Positions 44,211 to 57,020 of a stretch of DNA of 64,000 nt are shown piece by piece. A program made the translations under genes and the position numbers. The notes under the pieces were generated by a model that worked only from the letters and a program-made list of their open reading frames with translations, did not search any database and was not told the DNA's origin. Source of the DNA: Eledone cirrhosa (lineage: Eukaryota); contig CAXHJY010000523.1 of the NCBI GenBank assembly GCA_964016885.1, forward strand, positions 191,424 through 255,423, in the 5' to 3' direction. Every line of letters starts with the position of its first letter. Within the stretch, counting starts at the first letter, position 1.

Positions 44211-44384
44211 AGTATCAGTAGAGGGTCGGACGCCATGCTTTGACGCATAGAGTTACGGCCCTTGCCATTCTGAGTTCAAATCCCGCCGAGGTTAACTTTG
44301 CCTTTCATCCTTACGGGGTCGATAAAATAAAGTACCAGTAATGCACTGGGTAATTGCTGGCCTTGTGCCAAAAGTAGAAAAAAT

Positions 44385-44386
<2 letters not shown>
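44211..44386 (+). mobile_element. SINE family A
   Basis: Match to the family consensus. Confidence 0.9.
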
Positions 44387-44415
<29 letters not shown>

Positions 44416-44497
44416 TATGTATTTCTGTAGAAAAGGTAAAGGAAAGAAGAATGCTCTATGTATAGTACAGAGCTATTCAATTGTTTATTATGTAATT

Positions 44498-44533
<36 letters not shown>

Positions 44534-45083
44534 CATATCGTAGGTCCTCAACACTTGATATAATTATAAGTGCGCTATTGTGACGAACTGTGCACCTGTT
44601 TTTTCTATGTCACGGTTGCATGCCAGATCTTGTGTCACTACTTATAATTTGCCTGTCTATCTTTTACTTTGACTGCCTCTCTTTCTCTCCCCCTTCCCAA
44701 TTCCCTGTCAAATAGTCTTTGCAAGGTGACTGCATTGCTTAATCTGACTATACTATATCACGTTTCTTTTCGTAACTATAATGAGGTCTTGAAGAAGGTC
44801 AGTGTGGTGTTGAATTTTTTTGAAGACCTGTTTGTTTGTGAATATATGAGATACATAAGATATGGTAGCATCACATTCTTAGTGCCTTATCTTTCTCTGT
44901 AGTGAGGTTCCATTTTCTCTCAATTTTCAATTAATTTTGAGAATCATAAAAAAATTGTAAAAATTTAATAAAATAATTAGCCTTTTCTCTGTTAAGATGA
45001 CGTTTGGAACATTACTTAACAGCAATTTCTTTTTTTTTTTAAATGTTGATGGAAGATTTTAATATCAATTTGAATATGTTTAA

Positions 45084-45301
45084 CCCTTTAGCATTTACAT
45101 TACTCTATATTTACTATTGTATTTTCATGATAAACACTTTATCTCACATAATTATCTCACATAATATCGAATCTACAGGATTTTGATATCTATTTTTAGA
45201 TGAATACCTTAAAATAAGTATGAGCAGTCAGTTATGGCCAGTTTGAACAGAAAGAGGTGAGAGAATTCTGGCCAGATATGGCCAGTTTAAATGCTAAAGA
45301 G
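45084..45301. mobile_element. TTAA-flanked MITE, family 1
   Basis: Homologous to 32738-32958, with TTAA on both sides; nested in a family-2 remnant ending ~45363. Confidence 0.85.
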
Positions 45302-45913
45302 TTAAATGGAGAGTTTTGTACCATAAAAGCAGGATGGTTTTAGGGAGTTTTGTATCAAAAGGGTTAACCATTTTAATTATCATAATTTGAATGAAATGCA
45401 CTTCCTATGTGTTTTAAATAATTTTGAAATAATCAAGAATTTGGAGGGAAATATCTAACTTTGAGATTTGGAACATAACAAAAGTTCTTACATAGAAATT
45501 ATGATGAAACGTTTTTTGCTAAATATAAACAATTTGAAATAAAAAATGTTGTATTATAGAATCATGAACGACCTCAGGCAGGTTAATAAACATCAACTGC
45601 TACATACACTATGACAGAATAAAAATAGAAAGGAAACAAAAAACAGTAAATTTTATCTGAAAAACTGATAAGCTGGCAGAAGTGTATTAACTGAAATATT
45701 TACATTACAGCGTTACCTGGTTTTGAAATAATCTTTTAACCAGTTATATTATGTGTAAGATAGACAAATGTTTAGTAGGCCACAATTTCTGCACATATAA
45801 TATATATATCATGGTGATATACACAGACACACCCATATACATATACATATACATATATATATATATAAACAAGCAGTCAACAGTTTAAAATTAACTTTGT
45901 TTATTCATATTTG

Positions 45914-45970
45914 CTGTTATATATATTTCGGTGAAAGCCATTATACAACAGCTATGCCCTCATCAGACAG
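45914..45970 (-). ncRNA. Minimal type I hammerhead ribozyme motif, canonical core
   Basis: Minus strand: CTGT CTGATGA GG GCAT AGCTGTT GTAT AATGGCT TTCA CC GAAA T ATAT A TA ACAG. Confidence 0.75.
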
Positions 45971-46875
45971 GTAGAATCTGAACAGAAAAGACAGAAAAAA
46001 ATTAACGATGGCATACAGCTTACTTCTGTTATTTCGATTTTTTTATATGCTCCGTGCTGAATTTTGGTGTTGTTTTCTCAAGGTACCGGTATATACATAT
46101 ATATATATTATGAGATACAAATACATCTAGAAAATAAGTTTGGTTATTTGGAAGCCGGACAATGCATGTGAGATATAAGTGCCAAGGTAATAAGAATTTG
46201 AGAAAATAGATAAAGAAAAGAAAAAACAAAAGAACTGAGATAAAACAGTGAGAACGATAGAAAGATACCATAGCAATTTTAATGATCCCAAATATTTTTG
46301 GATTTACCATCCATTATCAAGGGAAGTGCGTGGGGTCAGGGGAGGCTCAGAGAGAAACCTGAGAAATGTCGCGGGTGGCTGTTCAATTTAATTTTTTAAA
46401 AATATATATATATATATATCCATATGTGGTTCTTGTCTGATGACCCTGAGATAAGCAGGAGGAATATGTTCTAAATACAAAATAATACTGGTGTTAAAGA
46501 GAGAAACACTTTTTATGAATGAAATTTATAACCGGAAACAAATTTTCTAGATCTCTCAACTGGAAACGAATTTTCTAGATCTCTCAGTTCTCATAGTGTA
46601 AGCTTAAGTTGTTCTTTGAACAAAACTATCTCGGTCACATACATGTCCTTAGCCATCCAACAAGCTTGGTGGGGAGGTAAGCTCCTGAAACTGAGAAGGA
46701 GAATTTGGGGAAATGGCTAACCACTAAGATATTGAAACAATTGTAATATGCAAATTAAGTTTGTATATATGTTGCAACACTGACTTTGACTCTTTTAAAA
46801 CTCTGTCTATATATATATATATAAAGGAAATGAATACAAAGAGTTTAAAACCGTTAAAACATGTTTATATAATTG

Positions 46876-46918
46876 TGCACCTACGTACGTTTCGCCCTGA
46901 GCAGACTTATCAAGGGCA
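46876..46918 (-). ncRNA. Minimal type I hammerhead ribozyme motif, U3-A8 variant
   Basis: Minus strand: TGCCC TTGATAA GTC TGCTCAG GGC GAAA C GTAC G TA GG(T)GCA. Confidence 0.7.
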
Positions 46919-46958
46919 TGGAAAGCAAAATAATGTTCAATATAGGACATTATTTTGC

Positions 46959-46999
<41 letters not shown>

Positions 47000-47233
47000 A
47001 TTAGGTATCAAGAGAGAGAAGAGAATGGAAAGATGGTCGATACATTTATTTAGTTGCCAATAGTTTATGCATGTGTGCTCAATACTCGTGCCTACAGGGT
47101 TAAATATTAGAGGCGTCAATATTTAGTGGGCGAGAAAAAATAAGCAGAGCGATTATAAAGGAAATGAATACAAAGAGTTTAAAACTGTTAAAACATGTAT
47201 TTATAATCATATATGTGTGTGTGCATGTGTGTA

Positions 47234-47670
47234 TATCATTATCATTTAACATTCATTCTCCCTTCTAGCAAGAGTTGGATGGGTCTTCACAGACTGAGTA
47301 AGTACTCAAGCAGGGCTACTGACCTCTCAGATAGGTCAGGGTGCTGCATCGCCCATACATATGATCCTGCACTCAACAAAGTGCATTTTATCCTGATACC
47401 AACACTAAAGAAGCTATCATGTTTCTGACACAACTGAAGGGTCCTCCTGGCCATTTGTTTGGCAAGCTTTCTATGGCTGGATGCCCTTCCTATCACCAAC
47501 CATTTTACAGTGTGGACTGAGTGCATTTATTGTGTAGATGACCAATATATAAGATGATGTTCTGCAGCTGACACAATTAAAGGTCTTCTTGACCTTTTTT
47601 GGCATAGTTTCTAGAGTTGTATGCCCTTCCTATCACTAACCATTTTACAGGGTGTAATGGGTGCACCAGA
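47234..47670 (-). mobile_element. Decayed RTE/SINE-B 3' tail fragments
   Basis: ATCATTTAAC start and two GGATGCCCTTCCTATCAC-type motifs. Similar remnants at ~38642-38920 and ~60889-61135. Confidence 0.65.
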
Positions 47671-50230
47671 GAGGCTGTTAGTCATTGTTTCAACTGACGA
47701 GCCCTCTCTGCCCTACTGGAGATGGGACGAAAGAAAGGTAGATAAGTGTGATCTTATGAGTGTATGACAAATATGGTTGTATTTGACAGGGTAGGAAGAA
47801 GGAGCAACCTCAGATAGCGTAGGTGTATCAGGACTGTAAGGGTGGGGAAATGTAGTAATGGCAAGAATAGCTAAGGAGGGATATTGAAAGGAGCATGGAT
47901 GGGGTGGGGAGAGATTTTGGTTGCTTCTATCTCTAAAAATAAAAATAAAAAATTATTGAGTGATTTCTAATAAAAACAAAACACACTATTACAGGGAACA
48001 AAGGAGGAGATGAAAATAAGAAAAAGAAAACAAAAGGATAAAACAATGAAAGAAAGAGAGGGGGAGGAGCAGACACTACACCCCAGTCTAAGCAGTGCCA
48101 TAGCCACACCCTGCAGAGAAAATGGCAAATGCGTTATGTCAGAGAATGGCCAGAGACACCTGCTGCAACAGTCACCCCACTTCACAGGGCTCCCTTTTCA
48201 AGTGAGCTGCTATCTTTCCAACTTTACGGAAGAAATCATCAGTGCGGGGGACCAAGGATGCCAAAGATCTTGACAGCAGACAAATTATTTTTGGTTTTAT
48301 AGTTCTGAGATTAAATTCTGCTGAGGTTAGCTTTGTCTTTTATCCTCCTAAGACTGATAAATAAAGTACCAATGTAGGGAGGTGCAGTGATGGAATCGGT
48401 TTTTGTTCATTAGCTATCGTCTGCTTTCAAAATATCACAGCTTGTCTAACTAGTATTCCTATGATCAAAGGCATTCAAGCTGGTACCATCTTACATATTT
48501 TCATTCATATGGTTGTGTATGTAAATATACTTTAGTTGTAGAAGTGACATCCTCCACTACCAACTAATTTGCCATCCGCCTCTGGGTCTCAGCCGACAGA
48601 ATGGAGAATGAATTGCCCTAGAGGACAGTGAGGGAGACACACTGAAACAGCCACTCCACGAGTTCCAATAACACCCTTGTCCATTTTGGGTGATGGATTT
48701 AATCTATTACCCAGTTTTACCACCTGGCCCTTGGATGTATTTAGCAGACTTTCAACAACATGGATTCTAATCAAGTAAATTTACAAGCCAACATAAATCA
48801 ATCATATTTTCTTCATTTTGCAACTTTTTTTCCTGGATTTGCCAATACCAATAAGTGGTTGCATGGCCTACTAAAAATAGCAGCCACATTTCCTTCCAAT
48901 TGCATCATACTATCTTGAAAAATGAAGGGCACACTGGACAGTGTAATACTTGAATGTATTCCATTTAATTGGTTATAAATCTGCTTGAAGAAAACTGTAA
49001 GGAACTAAAAACAATAGCAACACCTACCACAACTTTCACCGTACCACTAGTAGAACAACTATCACTACTACTACCTCTCCACCACCAGCGTCACCATCAC
49101 CACCAACACTGCTACCACCACCAGCTTTACTGCCCTCATCACCACTACCAACATTACCAACCACAGCATCACTACCACCATTACCAACACCAACATCACA
49201 CTACCACCACCACCATCACCAGCATTATTAGTATTTTCAAGAGCAACTGTTAAAGCCATCACTTGTTGTACCCACCTGACAGGAAACTTACCATTGAATC
49301 TGCTGTCCATCAAACTACCACCCTACCATGTATTTCCCTCTCTTACTTCTTCCTCCAACTCCACTTGAAATCTTCAGAAGAAAACCAAAGAGGGAGTGAA
49401 GGAAGGAAGCTGTAGTGAAATACTTACTTACACTCTGCTGACAAGAGGAGTGTCACTCTAGAAAGTGAGCAAGTTGCTTATTTCCCCTCTCTACTATATA
49501 TTTTAAGGACCTGCTGTTTGTCTTCTCAGGTTTCAATTCATTCAAGGTGTCTAGTTTAAACACTCCCTCACCACCACCATCATTCCTACCATCCAACCAG
49601 GTCTTCCTGACTCTTTCTCTCCCTGCTCACTCTCATCTAAATTGACCTACCACCCATCTCCCTTTAAACACTCACAGCAAAGCCCTTCACAGAGCCAGCT
49701 CCCTTCAAGATAACTGGTGTCAATGACCCCACTAATTACTTTATGACAGAACAAGCATTCCTGTCAAGCTCCACATTCCCAAGATGCAGATACCAAGAAA
49801 ATGGAGGAATTATTTTAGGCCATGGCTATAGCCAAATAATATTATGTGTCTGTCTGTATATTATACTAGCAGTGGTACCCGGCGTTGCATGGAATAAGGT
49901 ATTTTGGAACGTGGGCCGCCAACTCTCTCTCTCTATCTATATATAGATAGAGAGACGGTGAATTGGCAGAGTCGTTAAGACATTGGATAGAATACTTTAT
50001 GGTATTCATCCCACCTCATTGCACGCTGAGAGTTCTTTGCCTTTCATCCTTTCGAGGTCGATAAAAAAATACTAATCCAGTACTGGAGTTGATTCTTCCT
50101 CTATAGAAAAAATCAGCTGTGTTCAGATCTGGAGAAAGAGTCGGATTCCTCCAGGTTCAAAAGGGCCCTAGACATGCCATATGATGGGGTCCTACGATTC
50201 CACAAGGAGTTATGGGATCTTTATTATATA

Positions 50231-50870
50231 CTAGCAGTGGTACCCAGCATTGCACAGGATAAGGTATTTTGGAATGTGGGCCGCCAACAGACCTAATTGT
50301 CGAAAAGCTGCATGCCTGGATAATATGTAAAGAAAATAAACCAAATACTCTGATGGCTGGATAATCTTTAAGATTTTCCTCGATGAAGCAGGAAAAATGC
50401 AGGTTTTCACCTAATGCGGGCCCTAGGGATCAAGAAAAGGAATTTTTTTTATGTGCATAATATGCCTTGAAATTTCAGGAAAATCGGCTAAACCTAACGC
50501 CTCAAAAAAGCCCTAAAAAGCTGAAAAAATGAAGTTTTTCACCTAATGTGGGCCCTAGGCCATAAAAAAGTTGGATTTTCTTTGCTAACAGTATGAAGAA
50601 GAGACTGACTAATACATAGTTACAATTTCAAGGAAATCAGTCTGACGTAACACCTAAAAAAAACAACTAAAAAGCTGAAAAAACGCGCAGTTTTTCTCCT
50701 AATGAGGGCCCTAGGGGATCAAAAAGTTGAATTTCTTTATGTGCATAACACTCCCTCAAACATAAGTAATACACATGTAAAGTTTGAAAAAAATCAGTTG
50801 GGTACTTCTCGAGTTTTAGGGATTCAAACACAGAGAGAGAGAGAGACAGACATCCTCAGTTTTATATAGA
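50231..50870 (-). mobile_element. Non-autonomous Helitron
   Basis: On the minus strand: 5' TC(TATATAAAACTGAGGATGTCTGTC) and 3' subterminal hairpin followed by CTAG; internal GGGCCCTAGG-containing subrepeats. Confidence 0.75.
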
Positions 50871-51454
50871 CATATTTTTTTTTTTCCTTAAAAAATGTAG
50901 AAATCTTTAATGCTGAAAATATATCTAGTTAGATTTTTTGTAGCGGCTGCTGGCCATTTTTTTTTACATTTATAGAAGTATTTTACCCAATTTTCTACAG
51001 TTATTTTCAGTATTTGAAATGTCTATCTACTCAGGAATGGTGGAACGGAATGGAGGGGGGAGGGGGGGACTGTCCCCAACTCCAAAAAAATCTACCAAAA
51101 CACACATCTATTTGTTTGTATATGCACTACAATCTATGTACATGTTATGTTTATCACATATCAAAGATTTTTTTTATATCTTGGTTGATAATTGATATCA
51201 ACTAAACTAATCACTACAACTAAATTGACCAAATTTGCCCCCCCCCCCCATTCAGAAACGCTTCCACCGCCCCTGTATATATATATATAAACAAGTGTTA
51301 GGTAGGTAGATAGGTAAGATACACATAGAGAGGTGAATATATCTAGATATATAGAGAGACATTGAGATTCATGTTTTGGTATTGTTGGCAAAACTGTTAA
51401 CCCTGTTTTTGTATTATGACCAGTAACTGTTCATTTGTTGTTGTTATTACCATA

Positions 51455-51642
51455 GGGCGGTGGATTGGTAGTATCGGTAGAGGGTTGGATGACATGCTTT
51501 GCAGCATGGAGTTACAGCCTTTTACGGTCTGAGTTCAAATCCAGCCAAGGTTAACTTTGCCTTTCATCCTTACAGGGTCAATAAAATAAAGTACCAGTAA
51601 TGCACTAGGATAATTGGTGGTTTTGTGCCAAAAGTAGAAACA
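51455..51642 (+). mobile_element. SINE family A with TSD GTTATTACCAT
   Basis: TSD at 51443-51453 and 51643-51653. Confidence 0.92.
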
Positions 51643-51832
51643 GTTATTACCATGGTTGTTTTTGTTGTTGATATTGTGTTAATGCAGTGGTTCCCAAAGT
51701 GGGTTCCACAAAGGAGTGAAAAAAGGTATAGGAGTATATTTATATTATGACTATATAATAGTATTAGACTTTGGGGTTCCCTCAAAAGTTCTAAACAAAA
51801 AGAGTTCTGTGTTTGAAAACGTTTCAACTTAA

Positions 51833-52042
51833 CCCTTTAGTATTCACATTACTCTATATATACTATTATATTTTCATGGTAAACGCTTTACCTCGCATAA
51901 TTATCTCACATAATATCGAATCTATGAGATTTTGAAAGTATTTATTTTGAGAACGATACCTTAATATCAGTATGAGTGGCCAGTTTCAACAGAAAGTGAT
52001 AGAGAATTCTGGCCGGTTTTGACCGGTTTGATCATTAAAGGG
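51833..52042. mobile_element. TTAA-flanked MITE, family 1
   Basis: Homologous to 32738-32958, with TTAA on both sides. Confidence 0.85.
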
Positions 52043-54548
52043 TTAATGAAAGTAAGTGAAAGGAGTGGACAGTCCAGATTACTTTAAAATGCAATATTTA
52101 AAGACCTGTGACTATTTTTATTGATTTCTCAAAAAAAAAAGAAGTGATTTTCGTAATTACCATGCAAAACTACATCAGTGTTGAAATTTACAATAAAAAG
52201 AAGCAATCAAATGCTGCATACCAAAAAGAAAATATCTCAGGAGGTTTTATAAGGCCATTAGTTGCATATTTCTCTGTAGTTGATCTCTGCTATTGACATC
52301 CACTGATGAGGTCACAATAATGCCTGGAAATTAGTTAAACATGTTTCAATCTATGGGTGAAATACATAAATTTAACTTGTTTACATACCTCAGTGTGTAT
52401 GTGCATGTGTGTTTGTGTGTGTGTGTGTGTGTTTGTGTGTGCATATTCATAGATAATCCTATACTGCATATGTTCATATCTATATTTATCATGTGTATAT
52501 TTGTGTGAGCGCATGTACATTCATAGATAATCGTTGTATATGTTCAGATATATATTTATGTGCATATTTGTGTGAGTGCATGTGTGTGTGTGTATTAAAT
52601 ATAAATATAATACACACTTAATCCATCAGTTGACATATTGCAAAAAAAAACCATTACCCATGATTTTCAAATATTTGAAGGAATTTAATAATATAATTAA
52701 TTTTCTCATTATTAAACTGTTGTTTCAAAGCTTCTTATTATGATGGAAGGGTTTTTTTTTTTTTATATAAATATAAACAGCTTTATATAAGAGATCTGAG
52801 GCAGTTGTATCTATTTGAAATACAAAGGGCCAAGTATTGTATGCAATCAATAGTTTGATTTCCGAAGATGGTTCCATCCACTTTAACCCTCATATGTAGA
52901 CCTTTTTAAGTGCATTTTTTCAAGTTTATAATACATATATTTTTACAACTCTTTATAAAATAAAAATAAAATTAGTTTTCCCTCTAACATAGCAGATATG
53001 TAAATGCATTGTGTGTTTTATATCGAATAATGATAATATTTGAATTAACAAGCCTGTTTTAAAATATATTCTGCTAAATCATTAGATGTTAAAAAGTAAA
53101 TTAAGATTTTAGGTGGGATAGTAGTGTGGGTGATGTGGTGGTGGAATGGGACTCCAGGCACCAGTATGATTTATGCCTCCTACCCACTTTTACTCTCATA
53201 GTCAATGGGTAAGATAATCCTGGCATCAGCTGTGCACTGTAAATTAGGGTGTTTCACTAACTTCTAATATTTTTTATTCCTTTCAACAGTGACATAATGT
53301 TGTTATGTTGTGTGTCACTTGGAATGATGTATTGGTTGTGGCTCTTGTTAATTTAACCCTTTTGATGCCAAACCACCTTAAACTGCCCTCCTCACCCCCA
53401 CCACTGTTCTATGATACTCAACTGTTTATTCAAGAATGTTTATTATTATCTAAAAAAAACTTCCATCATAATTTTATGTAAGAATTTTTGTTTAACTATA
53501 TCTAAACAACTTAATAATAAGAAATTTAGTTATATTATTAAATCCATTAAACTTCTTGATTATTTTCAAGATAATTTGAAAGCAACAGGCAATGACTTTC
53601 ATTAGAAGTATAATAACGAACGGGTTAACCTCCAAGCTAGCCCTGATTCAACTGACTGATGAAGAAAAGCATTCCAGCCATGACCATCCACTTTTATTCA
53701 GGCATAGTGTGTATCCCTGTTTTTAGAATAGATACACCATATCCTTGTATGCTGTAAGACATGACTATAATGGTTGACATCAGGAAAGGCATCCACAGCC
53801 TCAAAAATTCCCATCCAACTCATGTCAAAATTGTTTGTTTTAAAATATCTAAAACCCTTTAAAAACCTATCACAATTTTATGAAGGATCTTTGTTAAATT
53901 ATGTTCCAAACACCAACTCAGTAATAAGAGAATTAGTTATATAACTAAACCCCTTGAAATTCTTGATTATTTTCCAAATTATTTGAAAACCATCAGCAGT
54001 ATCTTTTATTAGAAATATGGCAATGAAAGGGTTAACCTATTTGGTACCAGCTTGCCTGAAACCACCCTATTTCTAAGATGAAAAACTGTTTGTTTTAAAG
54101 TGTTCATATTTAAATTTAAACCTTCCATTATGGTTTTATGTAAGAACCTTTGTTAAGTTATGGTCCAAACACCAAAATTAAAATATGAAAATCATAGGTA
54201 GCATCATTTATTAGAAATTGATAACAAAATGGTGAACTTGCTGTGGCAAAGAACTTATGTTGTTGTACCAAAGTTGTAACAAAACCTGAGAACGCTGAAG
54301 ATGTCTACATGTTTATTTACTGTTGTTATTATTATTATATGCCTGTTTATATTACTGTATATATTATATGACAGAACCTGAGATATTCAATTGCACTATA
54401 TATATATATATATATAGAAAGAGAGAGAGAGAAAGAGAGAGACAGTGAATTGGCAGAGTCATTAAGACATTGGATAGAATGGGCCCTAGACATGCCATAT
54501 GATGGGGTCCTACGATTCCACAAGGAGTTATGGGATCTTTATTATATA

Positions 54549-55469
54549 CTAGCAGTGGTACCCAGCATTGCACGGGATAAGGTATGCGGGCCACCAACAG
54601 ACCTAATTGACGAAAAGCTGCATACCTGGATAATATGTAAAGAAAATAAACCGAATACTCTGATGGCTGGATAATCTTTAAGATTTTCCTCGATGAAGCA
54701 GGAAAAATGCAGGTTTTCACCTAATGTGGGCCCTAGGGGATCAAGAAAATGAATTTTTTTTATGTGCATAATATGCCTTGAAATTTCAGGAAAATCGGCT
54801 AGATGTAACGCCTCAAAGAAGCCCTAAAAAGCTGAAAAAATGAAGTTTTTCACCTAATGCGGGCCCTAGGCCATAAAAAAGTTGGATTTTCTTTGCTCAC
54901 GGTATGAAGAAGAGACTGACTAATTACATAGTTACAATTTTAAGGAAATCAGTCTGAGGTAACGCCTCAAAAAACCTCTAAAAACCTAAAAAAAACGCAG
55001 TTTTTCACCTAATGCGGGCCCTAGGGGATCAAAAAGTTGAATTTCTTTATGTGTATAACACTCCCTGAAACATAAGTAATACACATGTAAAGTTTGAAAA
55101 AAGTCGGTTGGGTACTTCTCGAGTTTTAGGGATTCAAACTCACAGACACACACACACACATACAGACATCCTCAGGGAAGTGACGTAATGCAAACAGTCA
55201 GACATACAGCCAGATATTATAAGGGCGCAACGTTATATGTATCTATCTAAAAAGAGAAAGACTAAGAATTATAGAGAGAGATCACTAAATCGCCTAATGC
55301 GGTCCCTAGGGCATTGAAAATTTGAAATTTTGTTTGCTCAGAACACTCCCTGAAACATAAGTACTACATGTGTAAAGTTTGAAAACAGTCGGTTGGGTGC
55401 TTCTCGAGTTTTGGGGATTCAAACTCGCACACACACACACAGACAGACATCCTCAGTTTTATATATAGA
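54549..55469 (-). mobile_element. Non-autonomous Helitron, same family as 50231-50870, with a duplicated 5' segment
   Basis: High similarity to the 50.2-kb copy; CTAG and TC termini; the segment ending ACAGACATCCTCAG occurs twice (~55154 and ~55456). Confidence 0.75.
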
Positions 55470-55490
55470 TATATATATATATATCAGATA

Positions 55491-55640
55491 GGATGTGGTA
55501 AAAACCAAGTAGACCATAACAAACCAGAGTACTCAATACTTGGGCTAGTAGAGTGGGTAATATGAAAAGATTCAGAACCTCAACGGCTGAGCTAGATCCG
55601 AACTAGATCATAGTTCAGCCATCGGGATCCTGAATCTTTA
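55491..55640. mobile_element. Small (TA)n-embedded repeat with terminal hairpin; relatives at 63713-63845 and 63917-64000
   Basis: Shared body GACCATAAC...CAGAGTACTC.ATACT..GG.TAGTAGAGT; inverted repeat at 55566-55639. Confidence 0.7.
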
Positions 55641-55819
55641 TATATATATATATATTGTAATTTTTCGGTCGCATGGGTGATTTTAGACATAATCTTTGTG
55701 TGTTGGTATTTTAACGATAGTTATAGCTCTGATTTATCTGAATTATTGAGCCCTCTGCCACTCATGTCGAATTTGTTTATCGTAAACTCGTGAGCTGATT
55801 TTTCGATACTCGATTATTC

Positions 55820-55932
<113 letters not shown>

Positions 55933-56567
55933 ATGGCATGGAAAGAAGGTGAGATAGAGAAAGTGTGATGTAGACAGAGAAGATAGTGATGAAAAGAAGC
56001 AGAGAAAGTGGGTAGGCTGAGAAAAAAAGATAATATTAAACCTTACACCTTTCACAAACAAGGAATAAACAAGACAACAAAAAAACAGCAACAGTTAACA
56101 GCAACAAGTGATTCAGCTCAAATGAGGTGCTCAGCTCTCTGCTCTGTCAGCTTTCTTAATGTTTATTTAACAAGAAAGCATCATTATCATCATCATCGCT
56201 ATCATTGTCACCATCATAATGAGAGTTCTAACTATTTCAAACCATCTGAAACAACAACAACAAGGAAAAGAGAGAACTTTGCACAGATGGCATATTAGAT
56301 TCCATGAGTTATGGCACTTGTTAAATCATCAATATATATATAATATATATATGTGTGTGTAAGTACATATATATATTATATATATATATATAATATATAT
56401 ATGTATGTGTAAGTACATATATATATTATATATATATATATAATATATATATGTATGTGTAAGTACATATATATATTATATATATATATATATGTATGTG
56501 TAAGTACATATATATATTATATATATATATATGTGTGTGTATGTAAGTACATATATATATTATATAT

Positions 56568-56906
56568 GGAGGCATATGGCTTAGTGGTTAGAGCATTGAC
56601 CTTGCAATCGAAAGGTTGTGAGTTCAATTCTCAGACCGGGTGATGTGTTGTTTCCTTGAGCAAGACACTTTATTTCACATTGCTCCAGTTTACTCAGCTG
56701 TAGAAATGAGGTGATAGGGACTGGGGTCCATATCATTCCACTGCAAAAGTGATCGTGGAGGTGCCACGGCAAAAAAAGCACCCAGCACTCACTGTAAAAT
56801 GAGGTTGGTGTTAGGAAGGGCATCCAGCTGTAGAAACCAAGCCAGAATCAGTTCCCATCCCACCCTTGCAAGCAGGGAAAAGCGGACGTATGATGATGAT
56901 GATGAT
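56568..56906 (+). mobile_element. Full-length tRNA-derived SINE family B
   Basis: A box TGGCTTAGTGGTTAG, B box GAGTTCAATTC, body CCTTGAGCAAGACACTT, RTE-like (GAT)n tail; inserted in a TA-rich tandem array. Confidence 0.9.
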
Positions 56907-56928
56907 ATGTGTAAGTACATATATATAT

Positions 56929-56960
<32 letters not shown>

Positions 56961-56984
56961 ATATATATATGTATGTGTAAGTAC

Positions 56985-57020
<36 letters not shown>

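Noticed and set aside
47694-47740. CTGACGA...GAAA hammerhead-like string
   Set aside because: Stem II is plausible, but stems I and III do not pair; it lies beside decayed RTE/SINE tail sequence.
48010-48780. GC-richer unique-looking segments with short ORFs
   Set aside because: No recognisable protein motif or repeat hallmark; left unannotated.
56568-56640. tRNA gene
   Set aside because: The A and B boxes belong to a SINE head that continues into SINE body and tail; there is no proper cloverleaf.
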